The notes below the pieces were generated by a model. The model saw only the letters and a list, made by a program, of their open reading frames with translations. It did not search any database and was not told the origin of the DNA. The position numbers were made by a program, and so were the translations under genes. DNA of 63,185 nucleotides, filler included, from Aduncisulcus paluster (Eukaryota), in assembly GCA_024181965.1 (NCBI GenBank). It is 5 parts of 5 records of this genome, joined end to end, with 100 filler letters (N's around TTAATTAATTAA, not from the genome) between each part and the next. Parts side by side here need not be neighbours in the genome. Positions count along the whole stretch, not along the records: positions 1 to 15,129 come from BQXS01012482.1; positions 15,230 to 33,791 come from BQXS01012483.1; 3 more parts are not named here. The stretch is one strand, 5' to 3'. Below, piece by piece: positions 13,001 to 23,506 of this stretch. Numbering within the stretch: position 1 is the first letter of the stretch; each line of letters begins with the position of its first letter.

Positions 13001-14340
13001 ATCTGAAGACAAGAATTAGCAAGAACACTCCAAGATGAATATAGGATATATATTGATGAAGAATTACAGCGAGTTTCACGATCATCTTTCTTAATTATTC
13101 CAGTCTTCTCGTCTATTTGTGATACAAAGGGATGATTTTCAATCGAAATATTTCTAACATCATCAGAAGAAATGACTCCAGAAAACCGTCTTTGGATCGA
13201 CCTTCTGATGTGATCCCAATAAACTTCATCTCCACACCGTTCAGTATGTGTTTTCTGTGGATANNNNNNNNNNNNNNNNNNNNACAGCGAGTTTCACGAT
13301 CATCTTTCTTAATTATTCCAGTCTTCTCGTCTATTTGTGATACAAAGGGATGATTTTCAATCGAAATATTTCTAACATCATCAGAAGAAATGACTCCAGA
13401 AAACCGTCTTTGGATCGACCTTCTGATGTGATCCCAATAAACTTCATCTCCACACCGTTCAGTATGTGTTTTCTGTGGATACACTGATGCATACCGATGA
13501 ATTGCCTCAGATATCGTGTAAGAAATCCGAATATACCCAAACCAACGATGGAGCTGGAAGAACATGCGTTGAAATCAGAGGATGTTTATACACAACATAT
13601 TTAAGAATATATATAATGGGCCAACATGATAAAAAACAAGAGAATGACGATATCCACTCAGAATCATTCAAATATCTCAAAACAAATTCATAACACTTCT
13701 GAGATGCTCCTTCATCATCACGTGGAATTGAACCAAAGGATGTTGAATATTGAATAATTGAACCAATACCCTGAAAGAGTGTATTCTTCACAGAGTGTGA
13801 TACAATATCGGATCTTAACCAAGATGTGAAGAAAGGGAAGAAATAATCCACCACCAAAGAATTATTAAAATTAGAAATAATATGACGAGTAATCAAAGAG
13901 GAAACTGAAATTTTCAGAGATAAATTGTGAGAGAATGGCAGGGATAATTGTATAAGGATTCGAAGTGAATCGAAACACAGATCATTACAATTCATAAAAA
14001 CTTCGGAAAGAGCGTAATACGGTTTGTGTTGATTTAAACGAGCTGTAGGCTGCAATTCATTCCAAAATTTATCAATATTAATAATACTTTTTTGAATTTG
14101 GCCATCAGAGAACAGAGATGAAAACGAAGATAATATATCAATGATTTTTTGAAAAACTCTTGGCAATATAAATGTTAAAAACAATTTAGGATTGGATATA
14201 TCACATTTAATGAGATATTCCAAAATAGAATGAATAGTTTCACATTCTTGAAGGGAATCGAGTGAAAATGGTTGTCTAGATGGATAACTACAGTTAAAAA
14301 GGTCATTTCGAGAACAGGAAAAAACTAGTAATGAATACAT
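10025..14340 (-). CDS. One large hypothetical protein (~1370 aa), split in the ORF track by two frameshifts and an assembly duplication
   Basis: ORFs 13507-14340, 13113-13565, 11005-12999 and 10025-11119 overlap in series. Removing the 13066-13263 duplication joins ...DDRETRC to NSSSIY...MFLHANIP in frame. Confidence 0.55.
13066..13481. repeat. Assembly artefact: 198-bp exact duplication around a 20-N gap
   Basis: 13066-13263 = 13284-13481, separated by N20. Confidence 0.9.
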
Positions 14341-14523
14341 ACTTTAAAAGTGACATATCATGGATTCTTATTTTTCAAATTGAGTCAACAATGGAGAATT
14401 CATCTAGAATATTTAGTTAAACATTTACGATGAATATTTTCAAATTTATTATTTAGTATGTCAATAAAATAGATGAATTAATTATAAATTTGTCGTTTTC
14501 TCCAAGAATCAGCGTTTAAGAAG

Positions 14524-14615
14524 TGTGGGTTAATGATACCCTATTGGATATAGCGCACAAATTTACTGAATATAATACACTCATATCGAGTTCCGGCAAT
14601 GTTCCATATGCCACA
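14524..14615 (-). repeat. 92-bp 3' LTR
   Basis: Starts TGTGG right after the PPT and ends CCACA (perfect 5-bp terminal inverted repeat); contains TTCAGTAAATTTGT. The 5' partner LTR is not in the window. Confidence 0.7.
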
Positions 14616-14718
14616 CTACCCTTTTCTTCAATAAACGCTGTCATCAGTAGTTTCCGTTTCCTCCTCCATTTCATAAGGTCCAAACGTAAAATTAAAAAAT
14701 CAATGATAATAAATGAAT

Positions 14719-15129
14719 TTATATTTTGTTTTCAATAAGATAATCTTTGAAAATCGTTAAATTGCAAATTGTCTCTGATTTTTCCCAAGATTTCACTTTT
14801 TGTCTTCCGATCGCCCATTCGACCAGAAACAAAGTACCGTCAGATGTGTTTCTGTGTTCAATTATTTTAATAACTCTACCGTCGAACTTTTCAGACACGT
14901 CTATTCTTTGGTTCCCGAAAAACTCTCTTAATCTGCTGATGTGTAACACTTTCTGTATCTTTTTCGTGATTTGTATTTTGTAATGAAACTTATCCACTTT
15001 TCCTGTTATCTTGAACGGTCCTAACATCGTTGCGTCGATCTTTTTCTTGTTTTCGTTAATAACTAACACTCTCTGTCCTACTTCGAACTTAACATCATCT
15101 GTTTTCCGTCTTTTCAATAGTATTTCTTG
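14719..15129 (-). CDS. Retrotransposon integrase C-terminus (GPY/F + chromodomain), 5'-truncated by gap
   Basis: KFEVGQRVLV..KIDATMLGPFKI..VLHISRLREF; VIKIIEHR..FLVEW..SWE..FKDY. Confidence 0.85.
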   Translation of the reverse strand, partial: QEILLKRRKTDDVKFEVGQRVLVINENKKKIDATMLGPFKITGKVDKFHYKIQITKKIQKVLHISRLREFFGNQRIDVSEKFDGRVIKIIEHRNTSDGTLFLVEWAIGRQKVKSWEKSETICNLTIFKDYLIENKI

Positions 15130-15229
15130 NNNNNNNNNNNNNNNNNNNNNNNNNNNNNNNNNNNNNNNNNNNNTTAATTAATTAANNNNNNNNNNNNNNN
15201 NNNNNNNNNNNNNNNNNNNNNNNNNNNNN
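15130..15229. other. Artificial contig spacer N44-TTAATTAATTAA-N44 (also 33792-33891, 48342-48441, 60608-60707)
   Basis: Identical 100-nt structure four times; genes on both sides are truncated and unrelated. Confidence 0.97.
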
Positions 15230-16209
15230 GATAACTCTTCGCCATGGCTTTTGAATTTCTTTTTCTTGGGGACATCTCCTCCTTCGGCTTCACCGGGGGA
15301 CGCATCTTCCTCCTCATCTTCTAACTCAGTCATTTCTTGGACAATGCGCCAAATATCTTTCATTTTCATCCCGGGGGGGAGCTTTCCCTTGACGATACTA
15401 TTTAATATGCTTATTGTGTCATCCATATTCTTGCCAACCTCGTGTCCAAGAGTTTCGAAATCCCGTTCATTCATATCACGTTCCACAAGGAGACGCATCA
15501 AATGGGATACTTGAAGACACTGCAAAGAAGCAGGACGGAAGCGTTTGAAGCGTAAAAAGATTAAAGAAACATAAAATACCATCACCTTATGAGGAATTGG
15601 ATCAGAGAAATCACGAGCTGTAATAATTGGAGGTACTCCACATTTCTGATGTAAAGTCGAAATTATTTGATGAATGCGAGTAGAATTGCTCAATTTTGTG
15701 CATTTATCAAGGTCAACTAGTTGAGGAGAGAAAAAATGTAGTAAACATGTCAAGGCCCAACCATCTGCAAAAGATACCGTAAAATTCTCAATATTAACAT
15801 GTCTGTATCTTTCGGTAACTTCTTTAGCCCATTCAAGAAGAGCACTTTGTCCTTTCAATTTGGATAACTTGATTCGGGATATAATAAAGCGCTCAACAAG
15901 ATCATCCATGAGTTCAACAACATCAATCTCCATAACATTGTATTTTGAAGCAGGAAATCTCTTTCTAGCCAGAGCAGAAAAGACAATTTCCAAATTCTTC
16001 TTCTTTTGAATATGAAATTGGGCATTTTGTTTTAACTTTGGTACTATTTTCCCTTTAGCAGGGATTAATTCTTCGGCAACATGTCCAAAAGCGATTCCAT
16101 CATCGACAAAATCATCTAGATCGGTAAGTTGTGGACATTTGCCGATTATTAAATAATTTATATATCGGAGGTAAGATTTTCGAAGACAGTTATCTTCCGC
16201 CGATTTCAT
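15230..16209 (-). CDS. Tandem calponin-homology (CH1-CH2) protein, actinin-type/ASPM-like; 3'-truncated by gap
   Basis: LTDLDDFVDDGIAF...QKKKNLEIVFSAL (CH1); ALLEWAKEVT..VNIENFTVSFADGWALTCLLHFFSP...KVMVFYVS (CH2). Confidence 0.8.
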
Positions 16210-16802
16210 TATTCAAGAATCGAAAATCTGGTTGGCCTTGGTGGTCAAATTCTAAATTGGAGCAAATACCACTCCAAAGAGGCCTCTATAAGATTGTCTC
16301 CAATTCCAAGGATATTTTTGAGCATAATATTATATCATATAAATATTTTTATAAACTTATTTTAAAATTTAATTATTGATGGATCCTGGCGGATATTTTC
16401 TTGAAAATGCAAAATAGTAATTATTGAAACAAAATATCATAGAAAAACAACAAAATTCTCAATACCCAAAACAAGAAGCATGGTTATTAAGTTGATTTCA
16501 ATCGAAAATAATTTATTGAATCAGCCGACGCCGCGTCGTTTCGCCGACGCCAAAATGAACCAATGGTTCAAGATATCATAAAAATATATCACAAATATGA
16601 CACTGGGTATTTATAATTGTCTCTGAATAGACTCAACAAGGAAAATAATGCAACACAACCATCAATGCAGAGGGGCGGGGAAATGAAAAAATAAAAGCCT
16701 CAAAAAATAAAATCGAAAAGTTTTGATGCGTTTTCATTTAAATCCATCTTTCATTAGGATAGATCCCATCAGTATACACGTACAAATTAGCTACTCTTTG
16801 AT

Positions 16803-19800
16803 CTATCTTAATATGGCCACGATTTCTTGAGAATCGTCACTTGCATCATGTGTCGTTGTCACAAAGATGCTTCCACCAGACTCGAATAACACTGCGTCCT
16901 CCTCAAGTGTGTAATCACTATCCAATTTATACATCAATCCACTCCCATCGATAGCGGAGAGTTCAGGATTCAAGTATGAGACCCGCAATTCAGCAGGATC
17001 AGGGGACATATCGTGCAAGGAAAGGATCCCAGCTCTTGATGTGAGAGTGCCGCTTGAAGAGGCTCCTCCAACTCCCTCGTAGAATCGAGGGATAAAAATA
17101 AAGTGTTTTTGAGAAAGTATTCCATCCACATAACCATTCATGTTGATAGACACGGTATCTGAAACAGTATCATTCACGATAGAACGGAGATAGAGGAGCT
17201 GAGAGCTTGTATCAAGACAATATACATACATGGCATCCAGGGAATCAATGATGCGAGGAGCACAATCGGTTGTAGTAGCTGTCAGAGTGTACTCGGTTGC
17301 TCCAGAAGAACATGTGGAGTCTGAACATATAAAGAATGTGGGGGAAATACTGTTGGGTTGAACAGCTACCACGGGAAGGCCTGAGGCGTGATTATACTGA
17401 GATATTCCAAGTTCAACTTCACTTCCTGATGCAAGCGTGGAATATGTGGAACCAGAAGTGAATTGTTTCAGTGTAATACTAACCTTTGTATTACAGAAAG
17501 TGTCCGATCCAGTCTCACACGAGACAACATAGAGAATATTAGCGTAGGATGTATAAAAGACGAAGAGAGGAGCACCGCTAGACTCCATAGATGCAACACT
17601 CTCAACTGGATTTGAAGCCAGATCGAGGAGAGTAACACCGGCAGGAATGCTGGAACAGTAGATATCCTCACATCTTGTTGCAAGTGCTTTGCCTTCATTA
17701 TTCACAAGAGATAACGTAGGGTAATGATTCGTGGAATCTGTGAATATAGATACTGGGTTGTGACCAGAGTCTAAATTGACAAAGAACGGGGCATCAATTT
17801 GTACAGAAGCTGAACATGCTCGATCCTTACATCTCTGAAGTCTGAGACGTCCATAGGTTGAGGACTCCACAGTACACAATCCAAGGGTTATGCCATCATC
17901 AAGGGTTGTGTGGTTAAATGCAGAGTCAAACAGACAGTTGTCAAACTTAGTGGATGAAGGAACGGGTGTGATATTGGTATTCCTCGGTGGAGGAGAGTAT
18001 AAAGATGTTCCATTAATGTGCAGGGTGTTGCTAGCCTCTCCAGCTGTTATGAATGAAGCCTTAGAGATGTACTCAAGGCTATCTCCGAGAAGAGACTCAT
18101 CACTAACTACACCCAGCCCTTGCCAGGCTACAATATAGGGCGCCACAAGGACTTCGGATACATTCACCTCGTCTGCAGTGATTGAATTGGTGGACAGACC
18201 AGTTCCAGAGATACTAAGACTGCTAATGGAAGCACTGCCAGTCACAGACAACTGCTCAGCCACAACATTGGTGATACTGAGGACTTCCATGGATACAGAG
18301 GAAGAAACCTCCATTGATGTAGCTTTTACAGTGTTAATGATAGCAGTATTACTCACAGTGAGATCAGCAATAGTGGCCTCATAATCGACGGTAAGGTAAT
18401 CAACCTCGGTCGAATATCCAGTGATGGTATGACCAGCAATAGTGTCCGTCACAGAGAGTTTCTTGCCCAAGATAGTCTCAGAAACGGAGGCATACTCAGC
18501 GTTGAGGGTGGCGGCAGTTGTGATATCACCAGTAACAGTGAGGGTACTTGATAACGTTGCTGTTTCTCCTGATATAGAGGAGGCTGTGAAGGTATCAACG
18601 GTGGTATCACCAGCAACAGTGAGATCGGTGCCAATATCAATGGCTCCGGTTGTTGTAATGTCCACAACAGAGAGGGATTCTCCTGAAATGGAACCGGTAA
18701 TAGCAAGATCACTATTTCCGGTAATAGTTCCAACGACAGTCAAATTGTTATTCATCAGAGCATCACCTGTAACCGTAAGACCGGCAGCAACCAAAGCAAA
18801 GCCAGTAGAGACGACTAAATTACCGACATCAACGGTCACATTACCACTCTCAACCGAAACACCTCCAGCGACAGCAAGCCCACCAGCATCAATATCAATG
18901 CCACCGTCAGTCACTGATACTCCATTTGTAGTGACTATGATACCAGCTTCAACGGTGAGTTCATTCCCGATGGATGCATCGTTCACAACAGTGAGATTGT
19001 CAGCAATGGTTACATCCCCAGAGAGAGATGATCCTCCAGTTACCTCCAATGTCGTGAATACCCCATCGACAGCGGTGAGTGAGTTGTCCACAATGAGGTC
19101 TGTCACAGTAAACGTTCCAGAGGTCCATGGTTCATAGTTGATGTCAACGTTATTGAGCGCAGTCAAAGTATCCGTGGCATCCACAGAGAAGGCTTCCAAT
19201 GCACCTGTAATGGTTGAATCTCCATTAACGGTCAAAGCACTAGTCACAACAGAATCAGATGTGACGACACCACCATCAGTGAGTGTGATATTGTCACAAG
19301 TAACATCACCAAATGTCGTACTATCGCTCACTTGCAGACCGCTCGTGATAGTGTCACCCCCAATCGAAGCATCACTAGTAATGTTCAAGGTACCCCCATA
19401 GATTGACCCGGTAACACTAAGATTTGTCATCTGCATTGTGCCGTCCACCACCAATGAGTCCAGAGAGACCAGTCTGGTTATGGTTCCAGACGAACTCTTG
19501 AAGCTGTCTACTGTCAGAGTATCGTCAATATATATATCGGGAGCAGTAATCTCAACTGTTGCAGCTAGAGTAGTACCCTGGATTGTCCCAGCACTGGTGA
19601 GTCCTCCATTGAAAATGGCTGACCCAGATACAGTTAGAGAAGATATTTCCAAGTATGTTGAAGTGATTGTTGAAGAAACCTCCATATTTTCAACATGAAG
19701 AATTCCAACATATTCGGCATCCTCGATAACAATTCCACTCAAATTACTGGCATCGGCAACACTAATGGCATCAACATTGTAATTGGTGACATTTTCATCT

Positions 19801-21923
19801 GTAATATTTGCAGTTGTAGCATTGATCGTGTCAACAGTAAGCTCCAAGGCTTCAAATGATGCTGTAGAAAGCGTTGATGTGATGGAAATGTCTGCAACTG
19901 TAATGGAATCAACTTCAAGGGGACTGGAGATTGAAAGGGAAGCAGAATCGGGTGCAGAAAGAGAGGTAACCGTTAGAGAATCCGTCTCTAGCGAAGACAT
20001 CGTCAACGAATCAATGGCAGCTGTTGTCACAGTGATAGAATCAAATGTATTAGAGTTAGATTCAAATGAATGGGTAACTACGGCATCATAGGCTTCAAAT
20101 GATGCTGTAGAAAGCGTTGATGTGATGGAAATGTCTGCAACTGTAATGGAATCAACTTCAAGGGGACTGGAGATTGAAAGGGAAGCAGAATCGGGTGCAG
20201 AAAGAGAGGTAACCGTTAGAGAATCCTTAACAGTTAAAGATGAAACGATAATCGAATCAATTTCAAGCGTATCAGCAAACTTCTGGTTAAGTTCTTGTCT
20301 CAACGATGCCAAAGATACCATCATTACAATACTTAAAATTGATAAAAGCAAAAAAAGGATAATTGTCACAATCATGCATATTATACGACCACTCGTCTCC
20401 TCAAATATGAAATCAAAGCAATTGCAGTCGTGTCTACCGAGACTGACAACCTCATTGATGGCAGGATGGGTGGTAAGGTCTTCCCTGGTGTTTCGCATTG
20501 AAATATATGGGCTCCCAGCAACATTGGGACCTGAACGATATGATGAACCACCCATTTCTGTGTCTGTACCACCTCCGTCGGCCATGACACGGTCAATGTC
20601 ATGATCGGTAATGAACTGACTCATCGTTGAAGGACGGCGTGAACCGGCACCGCCCCGGCTGCCATACCGAGAATGAGAGGACCGAGGAGGACGATGTGAT
20701 GTAGATGATGCAGAACCATGGTATCCCTGAACTTCCTCAAATACAGTGGTGTCGGGACCAACACTTCCATAAGGATTTGGAGGCTTCGTGGATGGAGTGC
20801 TGGAGGTCCTAGATCCTAGACCCAAAGGGGGGATATCTGGGTCAATCAGGGGACGGGGGGATAAAGTGGGAGATGAAAGGGCATACACGACCATACAAAC
20901 CTCTCCACAAAGCTTTCCAAGGGAATGGCCTCGCTCAGAGAGATATGTGTTCACTTTCCTTTCCTTGACTTGGATTAATGAGGGGATTCCAGGACGATAA
21001 AGACTCCATTCAACCCTTTCAGTTGTAATATCAGCAGAAGATTGCCGGAATAATATTGAGAACCCATCTGATCCATGGCATACAAGAGCAACAAGGCGAC
21101 CTTTTCTCAATTCAGATGCTGTGGCTGGTTTCAATGCTCTATCGACTGGGGAACTTGTGATATCATCCTTGAAAATAACTGGAAATGATACATTTTGAGA
21201 TATTTCAATTGGCTTGAGGGTGGAAGGAGCCTCAATGAAAGAATCATCAAACCCGATGCATACATGACTCACCTGGTCATCAAATAATTCAATGCAACTG
21301 AAGGGTTTCTTTGTGAGTGGCCCAGAACATTTGGAACATGGCTCCTTGATAATGGAGGTAGCTCCACTTGCTGAACTGTCCCCCTCAAATATTGATGAGA
21401 GTTTCTGGGCTATTGATAAGGGAAATGATTTTGTATAACTCGACTCAAGTCGGATCATGGGGAGTTGTTCAGACGAATAGAACATCCCACACGTAGAACA
21501 GGAAATTTTTGCACACACAAGAGATGAAATCAAATTATATTGAATAGAAGATTTGAAAAGAAGAGAAATGGCATTATTAATGCTATTTAATGATTCTAAG
21601 GACTCATGAGAAAAAGATTTTGAAGCTGCAACAATTGAGGCTTGATTTGGGCCTTCTCCGAAAAATTTCTCTCTATTTTCAAGTTGCCACTGTACTTCTT
21701 GGAAAGGATTATCAAAGGGTGGTGATGAGGATGAATCTATCCGCTCGTATAACAAACGTGCAATACTGAGGGTAAGAGTATCTAAAAATGCGTGATAGAA
21801 TTTTGAAACGGGAATAATTATATTGATTAAAAAAATTGGAAGGAAATATTCTCAAAATGTAAGAGAGAACGATTATGTAATTGGAAGGAGGAAATAATTG
21901 TGAAACATACCAGATAATATCAT
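16803..21923 (-). CDS. 1663-aa type II membrane protein: USP-like pseudo-DUB cytosolic domain, TM helix, long beta-repeat stalk, Cys-pair repeat C-terminal head. Exons 21923-21911 and 21781-16803.
   Basis: Splicing GTATGT...TTTTTAG gives ATG ATA TTA TCT G|AT ACT..., in frame with the long ORF (4992 nt). CSTC/CSKC pairs; LVALVCHG; TM IICMIVTIILFLLLSILSIVMMV; recurrent LTVxG/D motifs. Confidence 0.8.
19847..20226. repeat. Identical 137-bp intragenic direct repeat, 243 bp apart
   Basis: 19847-19983 = 20090-20226, encoding DSLTVTSLSAPDSASLSISSPLEVDSITVADISITSTLSTASFEA twice. Confidence 0.92.
21782..21910 (-). other. Spliceosomal intron, 129 nt
   Basis: GTATGT...CATTTTTAG, AT-rich; supplies the missing ATG in frame. 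Confidence 0.85.
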
Positions 21924-22314
21924 ATCTCACTTTAATATTTAATATAATTGAAATTTTAAATAAATAAAAAGAAATAGAACTCCGTTTATGTACAAAATAT
22001 GCGGATTTTGATTTATCTTTTGAAGGACAAAATAATATTCAAAATATTATGTTGCACTAAACATACAATTGTGGTTAATGAATGTTTTGAGTATTTAATA
22101 ACTGACATTATTTAAAACTCGAACATTTGATGATCAAACCTAGAAGGATCGAAATTGAATCTAATTTATTTAATATAAAAGGCAGAATAACATGAAAATA
22201 AAAAAATGAATTGAATCATTTCTTGAACCACTATATGGGACATGATAGTGACGAGGATTAGAGAATAATAAAATTTGACATGTCGTTATGTTATCAACTA
22301 GGGTTATATTCTCT

Positions 22315-23116
22315 CTATTTTCCACAACATCCTCCACCCCCAGGCGTAGTTTCTTTCCCAGTGACATCGATAAATCCGCTATCTTCCTCTTCGGATTCGG
22401 TATCATTGAATTCATCGTGCATAGAAATAGTCCTCCTCAGAAGCTCAACAACAGCTTCATCAAGACCAAAATCATCTTTAACACTCACCTTATACCATGC
22501 ATCAAATTTTCCCTTCTTTGCAATTTCTTCTAATTCCTCATCAGTGGCTTTATAGGGAAGATCACATTTGTTAAATAAAAGGATTGCTGGAATAGGAGCA
22601 TCACTGTTCGAGAAGGAAACAGTTGCATCAAGGTCAGATTTCCACTTAAGAGCTTTTTCCCAGGATCTGGGATCAAGAATATCACAAATAACTAAGGAGC
22701 AGTGCGCCCCGCGATAATAATATTTAACAACAGATCTAAATTCATCTTGTCCACCGACATCCCAAAATTGAGTGGAAACAGCGGCCCCATCGACTACAAA
22801 GGTCTTGTCGGAAAAATCAACACCTAAAGTGGGAACATATGACTCTTCAAATTCATCATGAATCAAACGAATGATAAAAGTAGTTTTTCCAGCCTTTCCA
22901 GGTCCAATAACAATGAGCTTGAATAGATATTGGGGATCTTCTACTTCCTAGGATCACAATTGTGCAAAACGAATCGAGTAACCAAATTAAGATAAGAGAA
23001 GATGAATAAATGATTGAAAAAGTTGATTAGAATGGGAGATTTGAAATGAAGTAAAAAATGAGGTATAGTGTTCTGATATGATACATATTAAGGGAAAATC
23101 AAATACATACAGCCAT
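22315..23116 (-). CDS. Rab GTPase, Rab32/38/7L1-like; exons 23116-23111 and 22947-22315
   Basis: YLFKLIVIGPGKAGKTT, PTLGVDF, WDVGGQ, KWKSDLD, PIPAILLFNKCD (Rab32-type signatures); C-terminal CCGK prenylation motif. Confidence 0.85.
22948..23110 (-). other. Spliceosomal intron, 163 nt, after codon 2
   Basis: ATG GCT|GTATGT...GATCCTAG|GAA GTA; restores start and frame. Confidence 0.88.
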
Positions 23117-23506
23117 AAAAAACAAATATTAAATTTTATAAAGTTTGGTGGTAGCAAAGAACATGCAACAGAAGGTCGCCTTCCTCCAATTGACTCATGG
23201 GATGGGGAGCCAAAACAATCAAAAAAAACTTCAGAGATATTGCTCCATTAATTAGTACGCTATGATATGAGTGGTTGGCCTGTAAATTTCCCAACTAAAT
23301 TTCCGGCCCAAAGAGTTAAGAAAGACATAAATAGACAAATCATTTTGATAAAAAAAAATTAATTTGTTAAAGAAAAAGGATCCGTGCTTTTGAAATGCGA
23401 ATTTGTTGTGTTTCTCACGTCACTAGCTATCCAAGACAACAAGTGATTTTGGTTCCACAAGAACGCATTTTATATTATTTTAATTCTTTTTTGTTGTTAT
23501 TGATCA

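Larger units (their letters stand above)
14524..15129 (-). mobile_element. 3' end of a chromodomain-bearing Ty3/gypsy LTR retrotransposon (integrase C-terminus, PPT, 3' LTR)
   Basis: ORF 14719-15129 with FEVGQRVLV...MLGPFKI (GPY/F module) and a chromodomain; purine tract GAAGAAAAGGGTAG (14629-14616) directly followed by TGTGG...CCACA. Confidence 0.85.

Noticed and set aside
9698..13510. Euplotes-like programmed frameshifting at stop codons (AAA TAA at 9698, others)
   Set aside because: The required shifts differ in direction and some must occur well away from any stop; homopolymer indels explain them.
13476..13545. Intron explaining the first frame break of the 10025-14340 gene
   Set aside because: GT-AG candidates exist but lack the GTATGT donor and the AT-richness of the three clear introns.
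17890..20604. Long antisense ORFs opposite the stalk gene (also opposite PRP8, PheRS, RRM and Vps26)
   Set aside because: Shadow ORFs produced by biased codon usage; no independent motifs.
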